A stretch of DNA of 53,930 nt, from assembly GCA_964574545.1 (NCBI GenBank), contig CAZNOC010000004.1, forward strand, positions 1 through 53,930, read 5' to 3'. The notes under the pieces were generated by a model. That model did no database searches and had not been told where the DNA came from. It saw only the letters and a program-made list of their open reading frames with translations. Position 1 is the first letter of the stretch. The number at the start of each line of letters is the position of its first letter. The translations under genes were made by a program, and so were the position numbers. Below are positions 43,276 to 51,593 of this stretch, in pieces. Source of the stretch: an uncultured Bifidobacteriaceae bacterium. Its GTDB lineage: Bacteria > Acidobacteriota > Vicinamibacteria > Vicinamibacterales > UBA2999.

Positions 43276-43454
43276 GATGCCCCCTTGGAACGCTGTGGCT
43301 CGGGTGGCAGAGGGGGGACGGTCTTCGGCCGACCGTGTAGCGTTCTGTCCCCATCATTCTTGCTCGGCGCGGCGGCTCCGGGCAAGCCGAATCCGTCGGA
43401 GACATAAACTTTTCGTGCACCTGTCCCGTCAAAGAGCCACGAAGGGCCCAACTG

Positions 43455-45965
43455 ATGAGACACCTGAAGCTCGCCGTCCGCACGTTGCTGAAGACCCCGT
43501 TCGTGACGGTCGTGGCCGTTGTCTCGCTGGCCCTCGGAATCGGGGCGAATGCCGCGATCTTCTCGCTCTTCGACCAGATGCTCCTCAAGCCGCTGCCGGT
43601 GCAGGCTCCGCGGGAGCTGGTCAACCTGGCGGCGCCGGGTCCCAAGCCAGGCTCCACCTCGTGCAATCAGGCGGGAGATTGCACGGCGGTCTTCAGCTAC
43701 GGGATGTTCAGGGACCTCGAGCGCGAACAGCAGGTCTTTGCGGGCATGGCCGCGCACCGTGCGTTCGGGGCGAACCTCGCGTACCAGGGACAGACGACCA
43801 GCAACGAGGGCATGCTCGTGTCGGGCAGCTACTTCCCGGTCCTGGGTCTGGTTCCCGCCGCGGGTCGCCTGATCGGCGCGCAGGATGACGCCAGCGTGGG
43901 ACAGTCGCCGGTGGTCGTGCTCAGTCACGACTACTGGCGCCGCCGCTTCGCCGAGGACCCTGCCATCGTCAACCAGACGATGATCGTCAATGGCCAGTCG
44001 ATGACGATCATCGGCATCGCGCCCGAGGGGTTTACCGGAACGACGCTCGGGAGCCGGCCGTCGGTGTTCGTGCCGATCACCTTGCGCGGGCTGATGCAGC
44101 CCGGCTTCGTCACCGACACCTCGAACGGGTTCGAGAATCGCCGCAGCTACTGGGTGTACGTGTTCGCCCGCCTCAAGCCCGGTGTGTCGATCGAGCAGGC
44201 GGCGACGGGCGTCAACGGTCCGTACCGCAACCTGATCAACGAGCTCGAAGCGCCGCTGCAGACGGGCATGAGCGATCAGACCCTGGGGCAGTTCCGTGCG
44301 AGGGAGGTGCTCCTCGAGCCCGGGTACCGTGGGCAGAGCAACCTGCACGCGAACGCGCAGACACCGCTCCTGCTGTTGCTCACGGTGACGGGGGTCGTGC
44401 TGCTCATCGCGTGCGCCAACATCGCCAACCTGCTGCTGGCCCGCGCCGCCGGCCGGGCCGGGGAGATGGCGGTTCGGCTGTCGATCGGCGCGAACCGGCG
44501 CCAGCTGATCGGCCAGCTCCTGACCGAGTCGTGCCTGCTGGCGGTGCTCGGCGGCCTGGCGGGCCTGCTGGTGGCACGCTGGACCATCGCGGGCATCGGC
44601 CTGATCCTGCCGCCCGAGGCCGCCGAGACGATTTCCTACGATTTGAGCGGAACCGCGCTCCTCTTTGCCGCCGGCCTGGCGCTCGCGACCGGGCTCCTGT
44701 TCGGCTTGTACCCGTCCATTCACGCGACGAGGCCGGACCTGCTGGGCACGCTCAAGGGCACCGCGGGTCAGCCGTCTGGCGCGCGCGCGGCGTCGCGCTT
44801 CCGGACGACACTGGCAACGGTGCAGATTGCCCTGTCGATGGCGCTGCTGATGTCGGCCGGGCTCTTTACGAAGAGCCTGATGAACGTGAGCCGCGTGGAC
44901 CTCGGGATCGACGTCGAGAACGTGATCACCTTCGGCATTGCGCCCGAGTTGAATGGGTACGCTCCGGAGCAGTCGCGCCAGCTCTTCGAGCGCGTCGAGG
45001 CCGAGCTGGCCGCGATTCCCGGTGTCGCGTCCGTGACGGCGTCGATGGTCGCCGCCCTCGCAGGCAACAACTGGGGTAGCGACGTTCGTGTGGAGGGGTT
45101 CGAGGCCGGCCCGGACACCGACCGCAACTCCCGCTATAACGAAGTGGGTCCCGGGTACTTCAGGACGATGGGCATCCCGCTCATGGCTGGCCGCGAGTTC
45201 ACCGACGCCGACGCGATCGGGGCGCCGCGCGTGGCGATCGTGAACGAGGCGTTCCTCGCGAAATTCAACCTCGGCCGCGATGCGGTCGGCACGCGCATGT
45301 CGAGCGGCGCCAGCGAGGAGCTCGACACCGAGATCATCGGCATTGTCCGGAACGCGAAGTACAGCGACGTGAAGCAGGAGGTGCCGCCGCTCTTCTTCCG
45401 GCCGTACCGGCAGAACGCGCGTCTGGGCTACCTCAACCTCTACGCGCGGACGGCGCTGCCCGCGGAATCGGTGCTGGCGTCGGTCCCGCCGGTGATGGCG
45501 CGCCTCGACCCGAACCTGCCGGTGATGGAGCTGAAGACCATGCCGCAGCAGGTGCGCGAGAATGTCTTCATGGACCGCATGATCACGACGCTATCGTCGG
45601 CGTTCGCGATTCTGGCCACGCTGCTGGCGGCGGTGGGGCTCTACGGGGTGCTCGCCTACACCGTCACCCAGCGCACGCGCGAGATCGGCCTGCGCATGGC
45701 GCTCGGGGCAGACGGCTCCCGCGTGCGGAGCATGCTGCTCCGGCAGGTCATGAAGATGACGATCGTCGGCGGCATCGTCGGGCTGGCCGCGGCCGTCGGC
45801 ATCGGCACGCTCGCGAAGTCGCTGCTCTTCGAGATTGAAGGCTACGACCCCACGGTGGTCGCCGTGTCGGTCGTCCTCCTGGCGATGGTGGCGATGACGG
45901 CCGGGCTCATCCCGGCGCTGAAGGCCTCCCGCATCGACCCGATGGTCGCGTTGCGATACGAGTGA
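43455..45965 (+). CDS. ADOP-family duplicated permease (two MacB-like/FtsX modules, no adjacent ATPase)
   Basis: N-terminus MRHLKLAVRTLLKTPFVTVVAVVSLALGIGANAAIFSLFDQMLLKPLP matches my memory of the acidobacterial duplicated orphan permease family. 836 aa with two FtsX-type 4-TM modules. Confidence 0.85.
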   Translation: MRHLKLAVRTLLKTPFVTVVAVVSLALGIGANAAIFSLFDQMLLKPLPVQAPRELVNLAAPGPKPGSTSCNQAGDCTAVFSYGMFRDLEREQQVFAGMAAHRAFGANLAYQGQTTSNEGMLVSGSYFPVLGLVPAAGRLIGAQDDASVGQSPVVVLSHDYWRRRFAEDPAIVNQTMIVNGQSMTIIGIAPEGFTGTTLGSRPSVFVPITLRGLMQPGFVTDTSNGFENRRSYWVYVFARLKPGVSIEQAATGVNGPYRNLINELEAPLQTGMSDQTLGQFRAREVLLEPGYRGQSNLHANAQTPLLLLLTVTGVVLLIACANIANLLLARAAGRAGEMAVRLSIGANRRQLIGQLLTESCLLAVLGGLAGLLVARWTIAGIGLILPPEAAETISYDLSGTALLFAAGLALATGLLFGLYPSIHATRPDLLGTLKGTAGQPSGARAASRFRTTLATVQIALSMALLMSAGLFTKSLMNVSRVDLGIDVENVITFGIAPELNGYAPEQSRQLFERVEAELAAIPGVASVTASMVAALAGNNWGSDVRVEGFEAGPDTDRNSRYNEVGPGYFRTMGIPLMAGREFTDADAIGAPRVAIVNEAFLAKFNLGRDAVGTRMSSGASEELDTEIIGIVRNAKYSDVKQEVPPLFFRPYRQNARLGYLNLYARTALPAESVLASVPPVMARLDPNLPVMELKTMPQQVRENVFMDRMITTLSSAFAILATLLAAVGLYGVLAYTVTQRTREIGLRMALGADGSRVRSMLLRQVMKMTIVGGIVGLAAAVGIGTLAKSLLFEIEGYDPTVVAVSVVLLAMVAMTAGLIPALKASRIDPMVALRYE

Positions 45966-45971
45966 GGGGTT

Positions 45972-46067
45972 CCAGTTGCCAGTGATCAGTTCTCAGTTCA
46001 AAGGGGGATCTGATGGAATTGGCGCACCAATCCCCTTTGAACTGGTCACTGACGACTGAGAACTACG
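45972..46067. repeat. Palindromic element of the same family as 40174..40253
   Basis: ccagttg ccagtga tcagttc tcagttcaaaggggga (45972-46008), loop, then tcccctttgaactg gtcactg acgactg agaacta (46031-46065). GAATTGGCG is repeated at 46015 and 46072. Confidence 0.85.
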
Positions 46068-46101
46068 TGGACGAATTGGCGACGGTCCCGCCGTTCTTCC
46101 C

Positions 46102-46551
46102 TCACTCCAGGTGCGACCGCAGCATCCAGGCGTGCTTCTCGTGGACGTCGAGGCGGCGCGTGGCCAGGTCGGCGGTGGCCTGATCCCGTACCGCCTCTGC
46201 GGCTTCGATCACGCGGCGCGCTGATTCCGACACGCGTTCCTGATCCGCGACCAGGTTGGCGATCATCGCCTTCGCGTCCGGCCGGCCCGTCTCTTCCTTC
46301 ACCGTCGCCAACTCCATGAACGCGCTGTAGCTGCCCGGAGCGAACGCGCCCAGCGAACGGATGCGCTCGGCCACCTCGTCCACGGCCGTCGCCAGTTCGG
46401 TGTACTGGGTCTCGAAAAGCGTGTGCAGCGTGGTGAACATCGGGCCGGTGACGTTCCAGTGGTAGTTGTGGGTCTTGGTATAGAGCGTGTAGCTGTTGGC
46501 CAGAAGCGTCGACAGCGTGTCGACGACGGCCTGCTTTTCTGTGGTGCTCAT
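46102..46551 (-). CDS. dps: Dps (DNA starvation/stationary-phase protection, ferritin-like)
   Basis: HWNVTGPMFTTLHTLFETQY and a conserved Dps core. ATG 46551 is preceded by AGGAGG. The remainder of track ORF 46102..47877 is a shadow of plus-strand genes. Confidence 0.92.
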   Translation of the reverse strand: MSTTEKQAVVDTLSTLLANSYTLYTKTHNYHWNVTGPMFTTLHTLFETQYTELATAVDEVAERIRSLGAFAPGSYSAFMELATVKEETGRPDAKAMIANLVADQERVSESARRVIEAAEAVRDQATADLATRRLDVHEKHAWMLRSHLE

Positions 46552-46657
46552 CAAAGGCCTCCTGCCTTCATTAGACTCGAAATCGGCGGCCCCGTGCGCG
46601 CTGTGGCCAGCCTCCGTGGTCGGGCTCGCGGCGGCGGCGGGCTCTGGGCGCGCCGAG

Positions 46658-46663
46658 TATAAT
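46658..46663 (+). promoter_or_regulatory. Consensus -10 hexamer TATAAT, 17 nt upstream of the queD ATG
   Basis: gagTATAATttcctcgagctgcacacATG. No SD lies between the hexamer and the ATG, which implies a very short leader. Confidence 0.4.
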
Positions 46664-46680
46664 TTCCTCGAGCTGCACAC

Positions 46681-47118
46681 ATGGAAAAGATCATCGTTCA
46701 CGCGAAGTTTCATACCGGGCACCGGCAACTGGGCTATCCGGGCAAGTGCAAGTGGGTGCACGGCCACACATGGCGCGGCACCGTGACCGTGTCGGCCGAC
46801 GAGTTTCCGCGGGACGATCTCGACATGTCGCTGGACTTCGGCGACATCAAGCACATCATGCGGAATCTCGACCACAAGATTCTGGTGACCGAGCAGGACA
46901 CGACGTTTCTCGACCCGAACCTCTTCGAGCCCGAGGGCGTGGTCCTGCTCAAGGGCAAGGGCCCCAGTGTTGAGAACGTCGCGCATTACGTGTTCGACCA
47001 CGTCGTGGATCTCATCGAGGCGAAGTACCCGGGGCGGGGCGTGCGATACGCGATTGAGGTCTCGATTCAGGAGACGGAGAACAACATCTTCGTTGTCCAG
47101 AAGGACGTCACGGTCTAG
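46681..47118 (+). CDS. queD: 6-carboxy-5,6,7,8-tetrahydropterin synthase (PTPS family)
   Basis: His triad context HTGHRQLGYPGKCKWVHGHTWRGTVTV. 145 aa. Visibly lower-G+C codons than the neighbouring genes. Confidence 0.85.
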   Translation: MEKIIVHAKFHTGHRQLGYPGKCKWVHGHTWRGTVTVSADEFPRDDLDMSLDFGDIKHIMRNLDHKILVTEQDTTFLDPNLFEPEGVVLLKGKGPSVENVAHYVFDHVVDLIEAKYPGRGVRYAIEVSIQETENNIFVVQKDVTV

Positions 47119-47217
47119 CTGCACACCGCGAGGCCTCGGCCGATTGCGCTGTTGTTGCGCCGGGATTCCTGACATCCTGAGCTGAACGTGCGCCGGCGCG
47201 GCGCGCCGGAGTTCTCC

Positions 47218-47934
47218 GTGTCTACCGATGGCCCTCCCGTCTTCGAAGCGCGCGGTCTCACCAAGGTCTACACCATGGGCGAGGTGCCTGTGCAGGCGTT
47301 GCGCGGCATCGACTTCGATCTTCGCGCGTCGGAGTTCGTCGTGCTGCTGGGGCCGTCGGGGAGCGGCAAGTCCACGCTGCTCAACATCCTCGGGGGGCTC
47401 GACACGCCAACGGCCGGCCGTGTCCTGTACCACGGCACCGACCTGGGGGCGGCCGACGAGGCCGCGCTGACCGAGTATCGGCGCCGGCACGTCGGGTTCG
47501 TCTTCCAGTTCTACAACCTCATCCCGAGCCTCACGGCCCGCGAGAACGTGGCGCTCGTCACCGAGATCGCCGACGACCCCATGGTGCCGGACGATGCGCT
47601 GGCGCTCGTCGGGCTCGAGCACCGCCTCGGGCACTTTCCGTCGCAGCTCTCGGGCGGCGAGCAGCAGCGTGTGGCGATCGCGCGCGCCATTGCCAAGCGC
47701 CCGAGCGTGCTCCTGTGCGACGAGCCAACGGGGGCCCTCGATATCACCACCGGGATCGTCGTCCTCGAGGCGATCGCCCGCGTGAACGAGGAACTGGGGA
47801 CCGCGACGGTCGTCATCACGCACAACGCCGCCATTTCGGCGATGGCCGACCGCGTCGTGCGCCTCGCCGACGGGCATGTCGCCGGCGAGGAGCGGAATCA
47901 GTCGCGGCGCGCCGCGCGGGAGCTGGTGTGGTGA
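47218..47934 (+). CDS. ABC transporter ATP-binding protein (MacB/LolD-type)
   Basis: Walker [10 protein letters not shown], signature [14 protein letters not shown], Walker [16 protein letters not shown] 47218 has GGAG 6 nt upstream; the track start, GTG 47188, is possible but less well supported. Confidence 0.9.
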   Translation: MSTDGPPVFEARGLTKVYTMGEVPVQALRGIDFDLRASEFVVLLGPSGSGKSTLLNILGGLDTPTAGRVLYHGTDLGAADEAALTEYRRRHVGFVFQFYNLIPSLTARENVALVTEIADDPMVPDDALALVGLEHRLGHFPSQLSGGEQQRVAIARAIAKRPSVLLCDEPTGALDITTGIVVLEAIARVNEELGTATVVITHNAAISAMADRVVRLADGHVAGEERNQSRRAARELVW

Positions 47935-50309
47935 GGCGCGTGACGCTCTCGGCGCTCGACCGCAAGCTGCTCCGTGACCTGTGGGGTATGAAGGGCCAGG
48001 CCGCGGCCATCGGGCTCGTGATGGCGGCGGGCGTCTCGATGTTCGTCATGTACCTGTCGAACTTCGAGTCGTTGCGGCGCACGCAGACGGCCTACTACGA
48101 GCAGCAGCGCCTGGCGGATGTGTTCGCGTCGCTCAAGCGCGCCCCGGAGCGGCTGAGCACGCGGATAGCCGCGATTCCGGAAGTGGCGGCTGTGGACACG
48201 CGGGTGGTCGTCAATGTGACGCTGGACGTGCCGGGGTTCTCGGAGCCGGCCAGCGGGCGCCTGATCTCGGTGCCCCCCAGCGGGCGGCCCCTGCTGAATG
48301 ACGTCGTGCTGCGCCGGGGACGCTGGCTGGACCCGGCGCGACCTGACGAGGTGCTCGCAAGCGAGGCGTTTGTCGATGCGCACGGCTTCGTGCCGGGGGA
48401 TAGGGTGTCGGCCGTCATCAACGGCCGTCGCCGGCAGCTCCAGATTGCCGGCGTCGTGCTCTCTCCGGAGTACGTCTACTCCATCCGGCCCGGCGAGATC
48501 ATGCCGGACAACCGGCGCTACGGCGTGTTCTGGATGTCGCGCCGCGCGCTGGCGAGCGCGTTCGACATGGAGGGGGGATTCAACGACGTCGCCCTTCGGC
48601 TGATGCCCGGCGCGGCCCCGGAGGCCGCGATCGCCGCCCTCGACCGGCTGATCGAGCCGTACGGCGGGCTGGGCGCCATCCCCCGCGCCCAGCAACTCTC
48701 GGTGTGGACGCTCGAGAACGAGCTGGCGCAGTTGCAGAGCTTCGGCTTCGTCACGCCCGCCATCTTCCTGGCGGTGGCCGCCTTCGTGCTGAACGTGGCG
48801 CTCGCGCGGGCGCTCGCGCTCCAGCGTTCGCAGGTGGCGGCGCTCAAGGCGCTGGGGTACTCGAATCAGGCCATCGGCTGGCACTACATGAAGTGGGCGG
48901 TCGCCATCGCGACGTGCGGGGCGCTCGCCGGCATCGCCGTGGGCGCCTGGCTCGGCGGCGCGATGATCGAGCTGTACAACGACTTCTTCAAGTTCCCCGC
49001 GCTCGACTACGGATTGTCGCTCAGGGTCGCCCTCGGCGCGCTGGCGTTCAGCCTGGCCGCGGCCGTGCTCGGGGCTCGCACGGCGGTGGCACGCGCCGTC
49101 CGGATCCCGCCCGCCGAGGCGATGCGCCCCGAGCCCCCGGCGCGCTATCACACGAGCATGGCCGAGGCCCTCGGCGTGCTGCGCCGGCTCCCGCATGCCA
49201 GCCGCATGGTGCTGCGCAACCTGGAGCGTTCGCCCGTGCGGGCTGTGGTCTCCATCATCGGCATTGCCTCGGCTGGCGGGATCCTGCTCGTGGGCTTCGC
49301 GATGATCGATGCGATCGACGTGCTGATCACGCGGCAGTTCGAGGAGGCGATGCGCCAGGATGTGAGCCTGTCGTTCGTCGAGCCTCGCGGTGGCGCCGCG
49401 CTGCACGAGGCGGCACGCCTGCCAGGCGTCATCCAGGTCGAACCCATGCGCGTCGTCCCCGCCCGGCTGCGCGCAGGACATCGGTCCCGTCCGCTCGCGA
49501 TCACGGGCCTTGTGTCCCGTCCCGATCTGAACCGGGCGCTCGACCTCGAGGGCCGGGCCCATTCGATGCCCGCGTCGGGGCTGCTGCTGTCGGCCCTGCT
49601 GGCCACGGCGCTCGACGTCCGCCCGGGCGAGTTCGTGCAGGTCGAGGTGCTCGAGGGCCGCCGGCCCGTGCGGCACGTGCCGGTGGCCGGCACCGTGGAC
49701 GATGCGATGGGGCTGCAGGCGTACATGGAGATCGAGGCGCTCCGCGCCCTCGTGGGAGAAGGCGACACCGTCTCGGGCGCCTACCTCCGCGTGGACAGCG
49801 CCGAGACGAACGCGCTCCACGCCCGCGTCAAGGCGCTGCCGCTTGTGGCCGGTGTCGGACTCAAGGATGCGGTGCTGCAAAGCTTTCGCGAGACGATGGC
49901 CGAGAACATGAACCTGATGATCGTCATGAACGTCTTGTTCGCGGGGATCATCGCGTTCGGCGTGGTCTACAACGCGGCGCGCGTCTCGCTGTCCGAGCGG
50001 AGCCACGAGCTGGCGAGCCTCCGCGTGCTGGGCTTTACGCGCGCGGAGATCTCGTCGATCCTGCTTGGAGAACTCGCCATCCTCACGTTGCTGGCCCTGC
50101 CGGTCGGGTCCCTCATCGGCGCCGGGCTCGGGTGGATCATCGCGACGGGGTTCACAAGCGAGGTCTTCCGGATTCCGTTCGTTGCCACGCCCCAGGCTCA
50201 TGCCTGGACGTGGCTCACCGTCATCGCCGCCGCGGCGGTCTCGGGACTGGCCGTCCGCCGCAGGCTCGACCATCTCGACCTCGTGGCGGTGCTCAAGGTG
50301 CAGGGGTAG
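47931..50309 (+). CDS. ABC transporter permease with two FtsX-type modules
   Basis: GTG 47931 overlaps the ATPase TGA (GTGA). N-terminus [30 protein letters not shown]. Two 4-TM FtsX-like blocks separated by large extracytoplasmic domains. Confidence 0.88.
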   Translation: MRRVTLSALDRKLLRDLWGMKGQAAAIGLVMAAGVSMFVMYLSNFESLRRTQTAYYEQQRLADVFASLKRAPERLSTRIAAIPEVAAVDTRVVVNVTLDVPGFSEPASGRLISVPPSGRPLLNDVVLRRGRWLDPARPDEVLASEAFVDAHGFVPGDRVSAVINGRRRQLQIAGVVLSPEYVYSIRPGEIMPDNRRYGVFWMSRRALASAFDMEGGFNDVALRLMPGAAPEAAIAALDRLIEPYGGLGAIPRAQQLSVWTLENELAQLQSFGFVTPAIFLAVAAFVLNVALARALALQRSQVAALKALGYSNQAIGWHYMKWAVAIATCGALAGIAVGAWLGGAMIELYNDFFKFPALDYGLSLRVALGALAFSLAAAVLGARTAVARAVRIPPAEAMRPEPPARYHTSMAEALGVLRRLPHASRMVLRNLERSPVRAVVSIIGIASAGGILLVGFAMIDAIDVLITRQFEEAMRQDVSLSFVEPRGGAALHEAARLPGVIQVEPMRVVPARLRAGHRSRPLAITGLVSRPDLNRALDLEGRAHSMPASGLLLSALLATALDVRPGEFVQVEVLEGRRPVRHVPVAGTVDDAMGLQAYMEIEALRALVGEGDTVSGAYLRVDSAETNALHARVKALPLVAGVGLKDAVLQSFRETMAENMNLMIVMNVLFAGIIAFGVVYNAARVSLSERSHELASLRVLGFTRAEISSILLGELAILTLLALPVGSLIGAGLGWIIATGFTSEVFRIPFVATPQAHAWTWLTVIAAAAVSGLAVRRRLDHLDLVAVLKVQG

Positions 50310-50380
50310 ATCGGGGATCGGGGACCAGGGACCAGGGACCGGGGACCGGGGACCGGGGACCAGGGGCCGGGGATTCAGGG
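50309..50380. repeat. G-rich heptad array (GAYCRGG, about 10 copies) between the permease stop and the adaptor start
   Basis: gatcggg gatcggg gaccagg gaccagg gaccggg gaccggg gaccggg gaccagg ggccggg gattcaggg. The array starts on the G of the TAG stop. Confidence 0.9.
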
Positions 50381-50388
50381 GTGCGTCT

Positions 50389-51576
50389 TTGAAGCGATAT
50401 CGTAGCTGGCTGTTCGGGATCCTGATCGTGGGGGCGCTGCTTGCCGTGGCGTTCTGGCCCCAGGAGATGGCCGTCGATCTCGGTGAGGTGACCCGATCGA
50501 CGCTGCAGGTGACGATCGACGAAGAGGGCGAGACACGTGTCCGCCGCCGCTTCGTGGTGTCGGCGCCCGTGACCGCGCGTGTCCTGCGCATCGAACTCGA
50601 GCCGGGAGATCCGGTCGTGCGCGACGAGACGGTGATTGCCGAGTTGCAGCCCGAGACGCCGGCGCTTCTCGATGCGCGCAGCCGTGCCGAGGCCGAGGCC
50701 GCAGCCGCCGCGGCCCGGGCCGCGCTGGGGAGGACTCGCGCCGAGGTCGAACGGGCCCGCGCGGATCTCGCGCGGCTCGAGCGCGAACTCGCCCGCGAGC
50801 GGGATCTCGATGCGTCCGGCCTGACGACCCGCCAGGCCGTGGACCTTCGAGAGGCGGACGTCGAGGCCGCCCGAGAGACGCTGCGCGCTTCGGAGTTTGC
50901 GAGTGCCTCCGCGGCGTCCGATCTGACACGTGCCGAGGCGCGGCTCGCGCCCTCGACCGGCCGCGGTGGACGCGTGCTGTCGGTGACCGCGCCCATCGAC
51001 GGCGTGGTGCTGCGGCGGCTGCGCGAAAGCGAGGGGCTGGTGCCCGCGGGGGAACCGCTGGTGGAGCTTGGTAACCCGTCCGACCTGGAGATCGTGGCGG
51101 ATCTGCTGTCCACCGACGCCGTGCGGGTGCAACCAGGCGCCGGCGTGCTGATCGATCAGTGGGGAGGGGACACCGTGCTGCGTGCGCGCGTTCGCCGCAT
51201 CGAGCCCGCCGGCTTCACGAAGATCTCGGCGCTCGGTGTCGAAGAGCAGCGAGTCAACGTGGTGCTCGATCTCGAGGATGCCGAGGACGCATGGGCGCGC
51301 CTCGGCGACGGTTACCGCGTGGAGGTGCGCATCATCGTCTGGGAAGGGGCCGACATCGTGACCGTGCCGACGAGCGCGCTCTTTCGCCGCGGCGACGGAT
51401 GGGCCGTGTTCGTCGCCGACGCCGGCCGCGCCAGACTCGCGCCGGTCACGATTGGCCAGCGCAGCCAGACGCATGCCGAAGTGACCGGAGGGCTCTCGCC
51501 CGGCGATCAGGTCGTCCTGCATCCAGGCGATGCCCTCGATGACGGGGCGCGGCTGTCGCCGCGCGGCGAAATCTAG
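50389..51576 (+). CDS. HlyD-family periplasmic adaptor (membrane fusion protein)
   Basis: N-terminal TM segment WLFGILIVGALLAVAF, a coiled-coil AEAEAAAAAARAALGRTRAEVERARADLARLERELA, and beta-barrel/lipoyl-like segments. TTG 50389 is the only start codon between the repeat and the TM segment, so the exact start is uncertain. Confidence 0.8.
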   Translation: MKRYRSWLFGILIVGALLAVAFWPQEMAVDLGEVTRSTLQVTIDEEGETRVRRRFVVSAPVTARVLRIELEPGDPVVRDETVIAELQPETPALLDARSRAEAEAAAAAARAALGRTRAEVERARADLARLERELARERDLDASGLTTRQAVDLREADVEAARETLRASEFASASAASDLTRAEARLAPSTGRGGRVLSVTAPIDGVVLRRLRESEGLVPAGEPLVELGNPSDLEIVADLLSTDAVRVQPGAGVLIDQWGGDTVLRARVRRIEPAGFTKISALGVEEQRVNVVLDLEDAEDAWARLGDGYRVEVRIIVWEGADIVTVPTSALFRRGDGWAVFVADAGRARLAPVTIGQRSQTHAEVTGGLSPGDQVVLHPGDALDDGARLSPRGEI

Positions 51577-51593
51577 GGCAAGATGTAGGGCGA

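Noticed and set aside
50065-50388. An open frame running through the GGGGACC array (..GIGDQGPGTGDRGPGTRGRG..), which would extend the HlyD adaptor upstream.
   Set aside because: No ATG, GTG or TTG occurs in that frame between the permease stop and TTG 50389. The upstream part overlaps the permease coding region out of frame.
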